Positions 51,565-60,527 of a DNA stretch of 64,000 nt are shown one piece after another; the first letter of the stretch is position 1; each line of letters starts with the position of its first letter. The notes beneath the pieces are model-generated. The model was given only the letters and a program-made list of their open reading frames with translations. It had not been told where the DNA came from and ran no database searches. Both the position numbers and the translations under genes were made by a program. This DNA is from an uncultured bacterium (GTDB lineage: Bacteria; Chloroflexota; Anaerolineae; Anaerolineales; UBA4823), in contig CBFDCK010000004.1 in the NCBI GenBank assembly GCA_965603285.1, forward strand, positions 8,507-72,506. The letters are read 5' to 3'.

Positions 51565-51658
51565 TTATATACTTCCATAAATATTCGATTAACTTTTATG
51601 AAGGAGGTTCACGGTCTAAGAACCGGTTCGTTTCCGACGTTAATTATAACCCTTCGCC

Positions 51659-51687
51659 TTGACCTGACAACTAACTTTCGATATACT
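51659..51687 (+). promoter_or_regulatory. Sigma70-like promoter for tRNA-Leu
   Basis: TTGACC (51659-51664), 17-nt spacer, TATACT (51682-51687), 28 nt before the tRNA 5' end. Confidence 0.55.
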
Positions 51688-51715
51688 TTGGAAACCAATC
51701 ACTTATCCAACTCAT

Positions 51716-51797
<82 letters not shown>

Positions 51798-51812
51798 CTA
51801 TATAGATCGCCT

Positions 51813-51840
51813 AACAGCTGTCCGCGGCCAGCTGTTTTCT
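51813..51840 (+). terminator. Intrinsic terminator after tRNA-Leu
   Basis: AACAGCTG-tccgcggc-CAGCTGTT followed by a TTCT-type T-rich tail. Confidence 0.6.
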
Positions 51841-52132
51841 ATTAACTTGTTTTCCCTATGATAATGGGACGTTTTTTCTATGGTCATTTAACCATCATAC
51901 TAAGGTTTCTTCACTGTCGTTGATTGAAGTTTTCAGCCACTCCAATTGACATTGTTCGTCACGACCCGCATTGCAATGAACTAACCGGGTAAATAGGTTC
52001 TGCAAATCGACCCTTGTAGAGTAGCTTTCCATACCTGGTACCTTGTTTCCATGCCTGCCCGCCCCAAACAGGCGGGCAAGATACCCTCTCTGCCGTGTAG
52101 AACAACAAAAATATCGAGTAAGATAGGAGAGG

Positions 52133-52933
52133 ATGAACAATCAATTGAAAAGAATAAGAAAGACAACAAGTTTATTCCTGATATCATTACCAATTCTGGC
52201 GGTCGCTCTAGCAGCATGCAATGCAGGAGGTCAATCGCAGAGTCTGGAAGGGACTAACTGGGTGCTTGAATCGCTGCGGGGGGAAAGTGCACTGTCCGAA
52301 ACAACAGTCATGGCAGGATTCCAGGTGGATGGCAGGATGAGCGGTTCAACCGGATGCAATAATTACAATGCGGCATATACAACCGACGGGGATACGATCA
52401 CCATATCCCCAGGCGCAACCACGCTCATGGCCTGCCCCACACCAATCATGGCACAGGAAAGTGCCTTTCTGGACGTGCTGGCATCTGCGACAACCTACAA
52501 GATTGAAGGCGATGAGATGGAGTTAAAAGACGCTTCCGGTGCTGTCATTGCTAAGTTCTCTGATTTGGAGCCAGTATCATTAGAAAATTCTTCCTGGCAG
52601 GTGATTGGGTATAACAACAGCAAACAGGCTGTAGTAAGCGTCATCATTGGCACCGAGATCACGGCTAATTTTGGTGAGGACGGCACTTTGAGCGGTTCTG
52701 CTGGCTGTAATAATTACACCGCAACCTATAAAGTCAATGGAGATAACATATCCATCGGTCCAGCGGCTGCGACGCGCATGTTTTGCCCGGAGCCAGACGG
52801 GGTCATGGAGCAGGAAGTCCAATATCTGGCAGCGCTTGAAACTGCGTCGACATATCTCATTGAAGTAGACAAGATGGAAATGCGAACCGCCGAGGGCGCG
52901 CTTGCGGCTACGTTTCGGACTGCAGGTGATTAG
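52133..52933 (+). CDS. Lipoprotein with two META (HslJ-like) domains
   Basis: Lipobox LAAC. Two repeats each contain GCNNYxAxY (GCNNYNAAY, GCNNYTATY) and MxCP motifs. Confidence 0.8.
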   Translation: MNNQLKRIRKTTSLFLISLPILAVALAACNAGGQSQSLEGTNWVLESLRGESALSETTVMAGFQVDGRMSGSTGCNNYNAAYTTDGDTITISPGATTLMACPTPIMAQESAFLDVLASATTYKIEGDEMELKDASGAVIAKFSDLEPVSLENSSWQVIGYNNSKQAVVSVIIGTEITANFGEDGTLSGSAGCNNYTATYKVNGDNISIGPAAATRMFCPEPDGVMEQEVQYLAALETASTYLIEVDKMEMRTAEGALAATFRTAGD

Positions 52934-52984
52934 CACAAATCAAGCTTTTGCTAGATAGGTTAAGAAAAGAGGAGGTCCCAAATA

Positions 52985-53398
52985 ATGTTTCGTAGTCTTA
53001 TCACCAGCTTTGGCACAGGAGAAGTGATCCTGGAATGGATCGAGTACGCCGCACTCGCTATTGAGGTTTTGGCTGTGGTGATTATCGTGGTGTTTATTTT
53101 CAAATCAATTACTCGTTATTTCATCTCGGGTATCCGCAATCCAGGGGAACAGCGCCAACAGTATGGGAAGCTCAAATACAACCTGGGTAGAACGTTGTTG
53201 TTAGGTTTGGAGATCCTGGTCGCGGCAGACATTATCCGTACAGTAGCCCTGGAATCAACCCTGGAAAGTGTAGCCATCCTGGGTTTACTGGTGTTGGTTC
53301 GCACCTTCCTGAGCTGGGCGCTGATTGTTGAGATCGAGGGACACTGGCCGTGGCAAGCAGGTGACTCGGTGGAGCGAACAGAAGAGGGGTCTCTCTAG
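52985..53398 (+). CDS. DUF1622-like small membrane protein
   Basis: 137 aa with three hydrophobic segments. The pattern LEILVAADIIRT is recalled from DUF1622. Confidence 0.55.
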   Translation: MFRSLITSFGTGEVILEWIEYAALAIEVLAVVIIVVFIFKSITRYFISGIRNPGEQRQQYGKLKYNLGRTLLLGLEILVAADIIRTVALESTLESVAILGLLVLVRTFLSWALIVEIEGHWPWQAGDSVERTEEGSL

Positions 53399-54831
53399 GC
53401 ACGAATTTCCTGTACACCCTCTTCGTCAATACCCCGTAATGCCAGGATTGAGAGCAAAAAAAGCACTCCATAAATGGTGAACAGCAGCACATAGCCGGCG
53501 TTATCCGCGATCGGTCCACCGATATAAGCGCCAATAGCGCCCGCTCCCGCGCCAGCAAGATTGGATAATCCCAGGAAGCGTCCAGCCTGTTCCGGCGGCA
53601 CAATCTCCGTGCCAAGCGCCCAATTGGTGGAATAAAACAACCCGACCCCAGCACCTATCAGGCAGGCGCCAATATATAAGCCTGTGATCACCGGCACGAT
53701 CAAGGCAATAAAAGTGCCTAAGGCTGCTAAAAAACCGCACACGGCAACCAGGGGCTTCTTTCCAAAACGATCAGCCAGCCAGCCGCCGGGTAATGCCACC
53801 AATAGAACAAAAACGCCCACAAACATTAATACTGTCGCAGCGGGTCCAGCGGCACTTTGACCTTGAAATTCGTCAAATCGTTCCTGAAGGTAGAATAGCA
53901 TAAAAACCCCCAGGTTAGTAGCCGCAACCAAGAACGTCAACCGGTTCACCACCCACCAGGTGAACGATGAGTGTTCGCGAATTGCAGGACCAATACTAAT
54001 CCGGATGCTCGACCAGACACCGAACCCAATGGCGAACCCCATTCCAGCTAATCCCACAAATCCGGTAAGGACAATGCTCGCGTGCTGAGACAAATTAAGG
54101 GTCACACCCATGATCTGGTTAACAGCCCCACCCATAAACAAAATGATCGTTGTAAAGACAACTGTCATCAGGAGCAAACGCAGAAAAGGTTCCCAAACCA
54201 CACCTCCCGACGCCTCTTGCAGTGGTTGCTCGCGTACAAACATGACCACTAAAACGCAAATGACCAATACCGCCATTAAAACAAACAAAGCGCCCCACAG
54301 GTTGCCGGCACTGATGAGTTTACCCATGACAAATGAAACGAATATCAACGGCAGTGGAAGCTCAAAAAGCGCCTTAACCCCTGAAAAGCGCCCCTTTTTA
54401 TCGTCGGGTACCATGTCTGGGATCAAGCCCTGTGTCCCTGATTGGGCTGTGTTAGAAAAAACCATTGAAAGGATATAAACAGCAAATAATGCCCAAAACC
54501 CAGTCAAGCCTTCCATCCCAGCGATAAAACCTATCAATGCAAACACGACCAACTCGCCTGCTGTGCCGGCGAGGATAAAAGGTCTTCGGCGACCCCACCT
54601 CAACGTGCTGCGGTCGGAGAACATTCCCATTAGAGCCTGTACAAGGACTGCTACCATCAATGACCACAGTCGGATGATGCCAATATAGGTTCCTTTATCC
54701 GCCTCGCCAATAAACCTCTGCACCAGCAGGGGGGCAATTAAGGGCGCTAATACCTGGGAACGTGTAGTCAGAGCGAACCAGTAGATATTGATAGTGATGT
54801 AGTCATACCAGTGAACTGTGCGTCTCATCAA
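53395..54831 (-). CDS. MFS transporter
   Basis: 478 aa with ~12 TM segments. The MFS loop motif GMFSDRSTLRWGRRRP lies between TM2 and TM3. Confidence 0.8.
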   Translation of the reverse strand: MMRRTVHWYDYITINIYWFALTTRSQVLAPLIAPLLVQRFIGEADKGTYIGIIRLWSLMVAVLVQALMGMFSDRSTLRWGRRRPFILAGTAGELVVFALIGFIAGMEGLTGFWALFAVYILSMVFSNTAQSGTQGLIPDMVPDDKKGRFSGVKALFELPLPLIFVSFVMGKLISAGNLWGALFVLMAVLVICVLVVMFVREQPLQEASGGVVWEPFLRLLLMTVVFTTIILFMGGAVNQIMGVTLNLSQHASIVLTGFVGLAGMGFAIGFGVWSSIRISIGPAIREHSSFTWWVVNRLTFLVAATNLGVFMLFYLQERFDEFQGQSAAGPAATVLMFVGVFVLLVALPGGWLADRFGKKPLVAVCGFLAALGTFIALIVPVITGLYIGACLIGAGVGLFYSTNWALGTEIVPPEQAGRFLGLSNLAGAGAGAIGAYIGGPIADNAGYVLLFTIYGVLFLLSILALRGIDEEGVQEIRA

Positions 54832-55042
54832 TCATTGACCAGGTTTTACCACCGTCTGTATCTTTGTGTACGACAGCCAGCAGTTGTAGGTTGAGGCTCT
54901 ACTTGTATATTTAATTATACCTACGATGGTGTGATTTAAAACTTCCCTCTACGCCTAGTTCATCTTATAATTAGGTCGAACCAATCTATTGGTCTAATCT
55001 GTCTCTATAAATCTTGTTCCTAGGACTTCAGGAGAGTATTAA

Positions 55043-56302
55043 ATGCCTTCATCCGACAACATCCTGGCTATCATATTAGGTGGAGGGGTAGGTAAACGCC
55101 TGTACCCTCTTACTAAAGAACGGTCCAAACCAGCTGTCCCTATGGCTGGAAAATACCGCTTGATTGACGTGCCAATCAGCAATTGTATTAATTCCGACAT
55201 CAACCGAATCGCCATCTTGACACAATACAACTCGGTCTCCTTGCACCGACACATCACTCACACATATAATTTCGATTCATTTCACCGCGGCTGGGTGCAA
55301 ATCCTGGCTGCCGAACAAACCCCGCTCAGCAGAGACTGGTACCATGGAACGGCTGATGCCGTACGTAAACAGCTCTTTGAGATTAAATCAACGGGTGCGG
55401 AGTATGGGCTCATTCTGGCAGGAGATCATCTCTACCGCATGGATTACAAAGCCCTAGCTAAATTTCATTGGGAACACGAGGCCGACATAACGGTAGCGGT
55501 GCAGCCCGTGGCCGCTGCGGATGCCCACCGTCTTGGTTTGCTCAAGCGCAACGCAGATTGCCGCATTACCGCTTTTGTTGAGAAAACCAAGGATCAAGAT
55601 ATTTTAGCCAAATTCGTCAGCCGGGACGAACCTGAACGACCATATTTGGGATCAATGGGCATCTATCTTTTCAATATGGATATCCTGGTGGACATCCTTG
55701 AAAACACAACCTTCGACGACTTTGGCTCGCAGATCATCCCAAACAAACTCTCCACCAACAACGTCTTCGGATACGATTTCGATGGTTATTGGGAAGACAT
55801 CGGAACGATCCGCTCTTTTTACGAGACAAACCTGCTGCTCGCTCGACCGGATTCACCCTTTAACTTCAACGATCCCCATAGCCCAATTTACACGCGCCCG
55901 CGATTTCTGCCTGGGTCAGTGATCGACGGCGCAATACTTCGCAACGTGCTGCTGGCTGATGGATGTAAGATCCTCCAGTCTGAAATTACTGATTCTGTTG
56001 TGGGTCTGCGCAGTCAAATCGCTGATGGGGTCAGGATGAATAGAACGATCATGATGGGGACTGATTATTATGATCCCGTTGATATCGCGCCTCCAAGCAT
56101 TATTCCACTTGGTATTGGACTCAATTGCCAGATAGAAGGGGCTATCCTGGATAAAAACGTGCGCATAGGAGAAGGTGTTACCATCAAACCATTCCCTCCA
56201 GGCACGGAATTAGATGATGGTAGATGGGTCTCGAAGGATGGAATTGTAGTAATCCCCAAAAACTCAACCCTGTACCCAGGTACATATATTGGACCTGATT
56301 AA
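55043..56302 (+). CDS. glgC: Glucose-1-phosphate adenylyltransferase
   Basis: ILGGGVGKRLYPLTKERSKPAVP and GKYRLIDVPISNCINS motifs, with a C-terminal left-handed beta-helix region. 419 aa. Confidence 0.9.
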   Translation: MPSSDNILAIILGGGVGKRLYPLTKERSKPAVPMAGKYRLIDVPISNCINSDINRIAILTQYNSVSLHRHITHTYNFDSFHRGWVQILAAEQTPLSRDWYHGTADAVRKQLFEIKSTGAEYGLILAGDHLYRMDYKALAKFHWEHEADITVAVQPVAAADAHRLGLLKRNADCRITAFVEKTKDQDILAKFVSRDEPERPYLGSMGIYLFNMDILVDILENTTFDDFGSQIIPNKLSTNNVFGYDFDGYWEDIGTIRSFYETNLLLARPDSPFNFNDPHSPIYTRPRFLPGSVIDGAILRNVLLADGCKILQSEITDSVVGLRSQIADGVRMNRTIMMGTDYYDPVDIAPPSIIPLGIGLNCQIEGAILDKNVRIGEGVTIKPFPPGTELDDGRWVSKDGIVVIPKNSTLYPGTYIGPD

Positions 56303-56366
56303 TATCGCACAATCGTAATCCTGTTATGGGTGGGCACTCTTCCCAATAAAAGCCTGTTTATCTTTT

Positions 56367-56762
56367 TCAAACAGCCATCTCTACCGCTCTAGTATAAATC
56401 TCAAATTGGGGCGGCTGCTCGAAATGTTTCTTAACCGCACACAGTTCTGCTGAACGCACGAGCGATGAATAGTACTTCTGCGGGAAATTTGAGGGTACCT
56501 GAATTTCTATTTCAATCTTTCCTAGCATGCCGTTATTGGGAGACTTATGTACTCGCTGGATGATACGGATGCCTTCCGTCGGAATACCTCTTTGCTGGCA
56601 GAAACCCAACACATAAATACCTGCGCAGGTGCCAAGTGAGGCCAAAAAGGTCGCAAAAGGCGTTGGCGCTGTTGACATAGGTGGTTGGTCTGTGTGTACT
56701 GTAAATTGCCCAAAATGAGCGTCGACTCGAGCTCCACCGGGAAAATCTATAACCATTTCCAT
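56367..56762 (-). CDS. OsmC-family protein
   Basis: 131 aa with two Cys in the typical OsmC spacing (LGTCAGIY, AELCAVKKH). Confidence 0.7.
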   Translation of the reverse strand: MEMVIDFPGGARVDAHFGQFTVHTDQPPMSTAPTPFATFLASLGTCAGIYVLGFCQQRGIPTEGIRIIQRVHKSPNNGMLGKIEIEIQVPSNFPQKYYSSLVRSAELCAVKKHFEQPPQFEIYTRAVEMAV

Positions 56763-56847
56763 TAATTAAATCCTCCAAATAAACTTCCGATTAACTCTCA
56801 TACTTAGATGCAGGTTTCTCAAATAAGTTACACATCTTAAAATATTG

Positions 56848-56876
56848 CTGGGGCTGCAAAGTTGTTACAGCCCCAG
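56848..56876 (-). terminator. Hairpin downstream of the ArsR-type operon (putative terminator)
   Basis: CTGGGGCTG-11 nt loop-CAGCCCCAG, a 9-bp GC-rich stem. The tail on the minus strand is only weakly T-rich. Confidence 0.4.
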
Positions 56877-56965
56877 TTGATGACCCTACCTGAACCTAAG
56901 GAGACAACATTTCAATTGTCTGGCATAAGAGCAGGTTTACTCAGCATGTAAAGTAACTAATACTT

Positions 56966-58144
56966 TTATTCCAAAGTCATTTCTCCCGATTCTGATTCTA
57001 CGAAATTGTGCAACAAAGAATTCAATTCATTAATCGCTTCATTTCGGGCTGCATAATGCCTTTCACCATGCGTTTCAAGTGACAGATGCACCAATCCGGC
57101 TAAACGAAGGGTTTTTAAATGATGCGTTACCGTCGGAGCGCGCAGTCTTAATTTGCGAGCAAGCTCAGCCGGTGTCATCGGTTCCTGCGCTAAATAATGC
57201 AGGATCCGCAACCTGGTTGGGTCTGAAACAGCTTTAAGTCCCCGCAGCAGTGCATCGGGAATAACTTCACCGTGTTCAAGTGATGCATCCTTGGGACGTA
57301 CTCCAAACGTAACCAACATCTTCTTTTCGCTTATTTCACCAAAAATGACGAGGGGGGTACACCAATATGAAGGCACAAGCACCATCTCAGTCATTTCAGA
57401 AAGATTATCCATATACAGCCCTTGAGAAAGTTGCTCAAACAACTCAGGAAATGGAAGACGCTTTGCTAAATCCTTTGCTTTGCGCAAACCATCCTCTAAC
57501 ACCGGTTCTATTCGTTGCTCCTCTTCTGAAAAAAATGCATGGTAATAGTTCTCCAGGGCTGCTAAATAATTTTCACCATACTCGACAGGATGAATCCATG
57601 CATCCAGGATGCATGCCAGCACTTTCGATGAGGGGATTTTGTGGTGCTTTCCTTGGGAGCGATATGTAGTGCGATAAGCTTTATTGAGAGTTTCAATATC
57701 AGCGTCGTTCCACGATCTCCGGTCTGCAACATCCTTCAATACTTCGTTTATTTCCTGAAAGTAACACGTTGAGAACACCAGCATAGGTAAAAGCTGATCT
57801 GATGGTAATTGCCGTAAAGCCCACAACGCACTGGAGGCACTCTTAGGAGCCGGTAAATTATATATCCACTTCAAAGGGGGACCGACAAGCCTTTCTGCAA
57901 CCAACAGCGTTTTACGGTCATCAGTTGAAAGACGTGATCGAACACCGGCTGCCCACGAAGAGCGCAAACCAAAGCTGTCCGGCTCATGCAAGACCGAAAG
58001 ACTGATAAAAAAATCGTACGCAGTACCAGTGTCCCAACTCAATTGGGGCAATTGAGAGTATTCTCCTGATTGTACCAATTGGTCACTGCTGTTTTTATCA
58101 ATATTCGTTTCGTTATTGTCGGATTGGATTAGATTTTCGTTCAT
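56966..58144 (-). CDS. ArsR/SmtB-family transcriptional regulator with a ~290-aa uncharacterised N-terminal domain
   Basis: C-terminal wHTH VSDPTRLRILHYLAQEPMTPAELARKLRLRAPTVTHHLKTLRLAGLV. The ATG at 58144 forms an ATGA overlap with the upstream small ORF. Confidence 0.75.
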   Translation of the reverse strand: MNENLIQSDNNETNIDKNSSDQLVQSGEYSQLPQLSWDTGTAYDFFISLSVLHEPDSFGLRSSWAAGVRSRLSTDDRKTLLVAERLVGPPLKWIYNLPAPKSASSALWALRQLPSDQLLPMLVFSTCYFQEINEVLKDVADRRSWNDADIETLNKAYRTTYRSQGKHHKIPSSKVLACILDAWIHPVEYGENYLAALENYYHAFFSEEEQRIEPVLEDGLRKAKDLAKRLPFPELFEQLSQGLYMDNLSEMTEMVLVPSYWCTPLVIFGEISEKKMLVTFGVRPKDASLEHGEVIPDALLRGLKAVSDPTRLRILHYLAQEPMTPAELARKLRLRAPTVTHHLKTLRLAGLVHLSLETHGERHYAARNEAINELNSLLHNFVESESGEMTLE

Positions 58145-58362
58145 ACCCGCACCCGGGAGAACTCTGCGCATGAACAATTACTCTCTTTTCTAATTCTCAT
58201 TCCAACAGATATCAGTGTATTGCCAAGTCTAAGCATCAACCTATCCCTAATGCCTGGTAAGGAGAATTTTGCTCTCTTTGACAAACGTTCTCTTTTAACG
58301 GCACGCAGAAGTTCATCCCGATAGGCTTTACCAAAATCATAATCACTGTGATAAACAGGCAT
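58141..58362 (-). CDS. Small 73-aa protein translationally coupled to the ArsR-type regulator
   Basis: AAGGAG-6 nt-ATG at 58362 (MPVYHSDYDFGKAYRDELLRAVKRERLSKR...). Its stop overlaps the regulator's start. Confidence 0.5.
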   Translation of the reverse strand: MPVYHSDYDFGKAYRDELLRAVKRERLSKRAKFSLPGIRDRLMLRLGNTLISVGMRIRKESNCSCAEFSRVRV

Positions 58363-58419
58363 CTCAAACTCCTTTCTATATAAAACATCAAAAACGACCA
58401 TGTTACTTAGATATACATC

Positions 58420-58459
58420 TAAATTAGACTATTATCTAATTAGATAATAGTCTAATTTA
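58420..58459. promoter_or_regulatory. Perfect 40-bp palindrome, candidate operator of the small-ORF/ArsR operon
   Basis: TAAATTAGACTATTATCTAA|TTAGATAATAGTCTAATTTA. I verified self-complementarity base by base. It lies 58-97 nt upstream of the 58362 start. Confidence 0.6.
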
Positions 58460-58533
58460 AGCCTTTTGTCAAGACCTTTTATGAGGAAAAATATTTATCA
58501 AATCCCCTTTAGCACATATTCATTCGCTTGTGT

Positions 58534-58895
58534 TGTGGATAACCTGTGAATTTCTGTGGATAATTGTCATGATCTGGGGATATTTTGTGTTTATTAGATT
58601 GAGAAAAAATTTCACATAGTCCCCTATATGGGGGATAAATATTAGCACAACCCAGATACGTGTTTTCCTTGGAATATGCACCGTAACCAAATCCAATTTC
58701 CACACACTTCCCCATAAACCATCTGACAAAAACCTATTCATCGCCCCCCGAATGTAGCACCAACCTTTGCTATTACCCCCACATTTACTGGTATCTTTGC
58801 TATAAATATCTTTTATCCACTTTTCCCCAATGACTACTATTATTACTAATCATATATATCTATTTAAATTGTTGATATATTTAAACAACCAATAT
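58534..58895. promoter_or_regulatory. DnaA-box cluster with an adjacent AT-rich tract (oriC-like or DnaA-regulated region)
   Basis: Perfect TGTGGATAA at 58534-58542 and 58555-58563. TTATCCACT at 58813-58821. Boxes with 2 mismatches at 58575, 58630, 58696, 58773 and 58821. AT-rich tract at 58831-58895. Confidence 0.4.
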
Positions 58896-60452
58896 TCACT
58901 CAGGCGATTCTGAGAAATACTTATCAGTGATGGGTGTTATGTCTTCTGTTGTATATTTTTGAAGGAGAGTAAAAAAATCACTCGTAGTGGCAATCTTGTG
59001 TGTGAAGCTTTGGGCATAATCTCGGAGGAAATCAAAAAAGGCTTCATCGCCGATTGAAAGCCGTAGATCTTCCAGGAATAATGCTCCATTCAAATAGACC
59101 GCATCCCGGTAAGAGCGATATGCATTGGCTACACCGTGGGGATTATAAATGCTGTCGTCCACCCAGCCTTGTGGTTGATAATAAAAAATTCGATAATTCC
59201 ACCACCACTCGAGTGCTTCAGGATATTTATTTTCATAAAATAGGCGCTCGCTGTAGGTACAAAAAGCTTCATCCAACCAGGGCTCAAGTGCCTGATCGTT
59301 GCCCACCATTGCATACCACCATTGGTGAGCGGTCTCATGAGCCGCTATGGCTATCAAATACTCTCCAGGTGTATTTGTATATAGATTGTAAAAACCGTTG
59401 CTTAAGAAATACATTCCATCGTATTCCATACCGTCCATGAAATCTGCCTCAACCACACTCAATATCTCCCTGGGATACGGACCGAAGAGATCAGAATAAA
59501 GCGCCAAAGACTCAACAGTGGTTTGAAGGACCGCTTCACCTGCGTTTGTGTGAAGAGGAAATGAATAACTTAGAACAGTCACTGAATCCATCGTGTCAGT
59601 CATCACCTGGTAGTCGTGACTGACAGACCAGACAAAGTTTCTCGCATCTTTGAATTGGAATCTATGCCAGTTATCATCAATTTTTGCTGGCGCGCTGGCT
59701 GCGATGGTCAGATCTTCGCGCTCATCCAGCAGTTTGATGGCAACTTCAAAATCTGAGGTTTCGTAAGCCAGATGTTCGCCGTAGAAGCCGGCTTTGTGAG
59801 ACAACCAGCCTGTGCCAGGAATATATGGGGGAATGAATGGATACCAATCCACGAAATTGGTCTGGCGTTCTGTGTACCCAAAGGGAACCGGTCGTTTATT
59901 TGCAGATCGATCAGGAGAAGGCAAGTCGAGCTCGTAAGATAAGTTTATCCTGATTTTCTCTCCGTGTTCTAATGGTTCCGACAGGGGCAATCTTAGTTGG
60001 CTGCCTTCCCATTTGTAATCACCAATAGGATCTCCACTCTCCCAATTTAATTCGCTCAGTGTGAAAACATCCGAATAATAGACTGGTTCTACCATCAACA
60101 ACAAATCTGAAAGCGGTTCGGGAGCGTTGTTGTGATAAATGATCTGCTCGTCTACAGCCAGATGGTGATTGTCGTAGTTAAGTTCAGCGCTGAGGATGTA
60201 TTGGGTGTTCTTATGATCTATCGCTAGGGAAGTAGAGGTTCGGGGAAAGGTTGTAGGGTCATTGGGATGGGTTGATGGAGTAGATGGTTGGTCTTGCTCC
60301 ACAGCATCTTCATATGGCGTTCCTGGGGTATTTGTTACAGTAGGTTTATTTGATTCAGGGCTTTTGACCACACCAGTTGGGCTGCCTCCAGCGCAAGCAG
60401 ATAAAACGAGCGTGAGCATGAAAACCAGATAAAACGATACGCTATGCAACAT
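58896..60452 (-). CDS. M1-family metallopeptidase, lipoprotein
   Basis: Lipobox LSAC. HETAHQWWY (HExxH) with a downstream E (WLDEAF). 518 aa. Confidence 0.8.
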   Translation of the reverse strand: MLHSVSFYLVFMLTLVLSACAGGSPTGVVKSPESNKPTVTNTPGTPYEDAVEQDQPSTPSTHPNDPTTFPRTSTSLAIDHKNTQYILSAELNYDNHHLAVDEQIIYHNNAPEPLSDLLLMVEPVYYSDVFTLSELNWESGDPIGDYKWEGSQLRLPLSEPLEHGEKIRINLSYELDLPSPDRSANKRPVPFGYTERQTNFVDWYPFIPPYIPGTGWLSHKAGFYGEHLAYETSDFEVAIKLLDEREDLTIAASAPAKIDDNWHRFQFKDARNFVWSVSHDYQVMTDTMDSVTVLSYSFPLHTNAGEAVLQTTVESLALYSDLFGPYPREILSVVEADFMDGMEYDGMYFLSNGFYNLYTNTPGEYLIAIAAHETAHQWWYAMVGNDQALEPWLDEAFCTYSERLFYENKYPEALEWWWNYRIFYYQPQGWVDDSIYNPHGVANAYRSYRDAVYLNGALFLEDLRLSIGDEAFFDFLRDYAQSFTHKIATTSDFFTLLQKYTTEDITPITDKYFSESPE

Positions 60453-60527
60453 ATGTCAATATCTTCCGCACAATGCTCTCCTGGCAACTACAAGAGATTC
60501 TAAAAGAAGCTCGAAAAATGGGAATAA

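Noticed and set aside
51798-52132. An integrated mobile element at tRNA-Leu.
   Set aside because: There is no integrase, excisionase or phage gene on either side. I did not see a direct repeat of the tRNA 3' end downstream.
58509-58741. Two overlapping minus-strand ORFs (68 and 73 aa) in the 58.5-kb gap.
   Set aside because: They have no RBS, odd composition, mutual overlap in different frames, and sit in an AT-rich region full of DnaA-box-like motifs. I treat them as non-coding.
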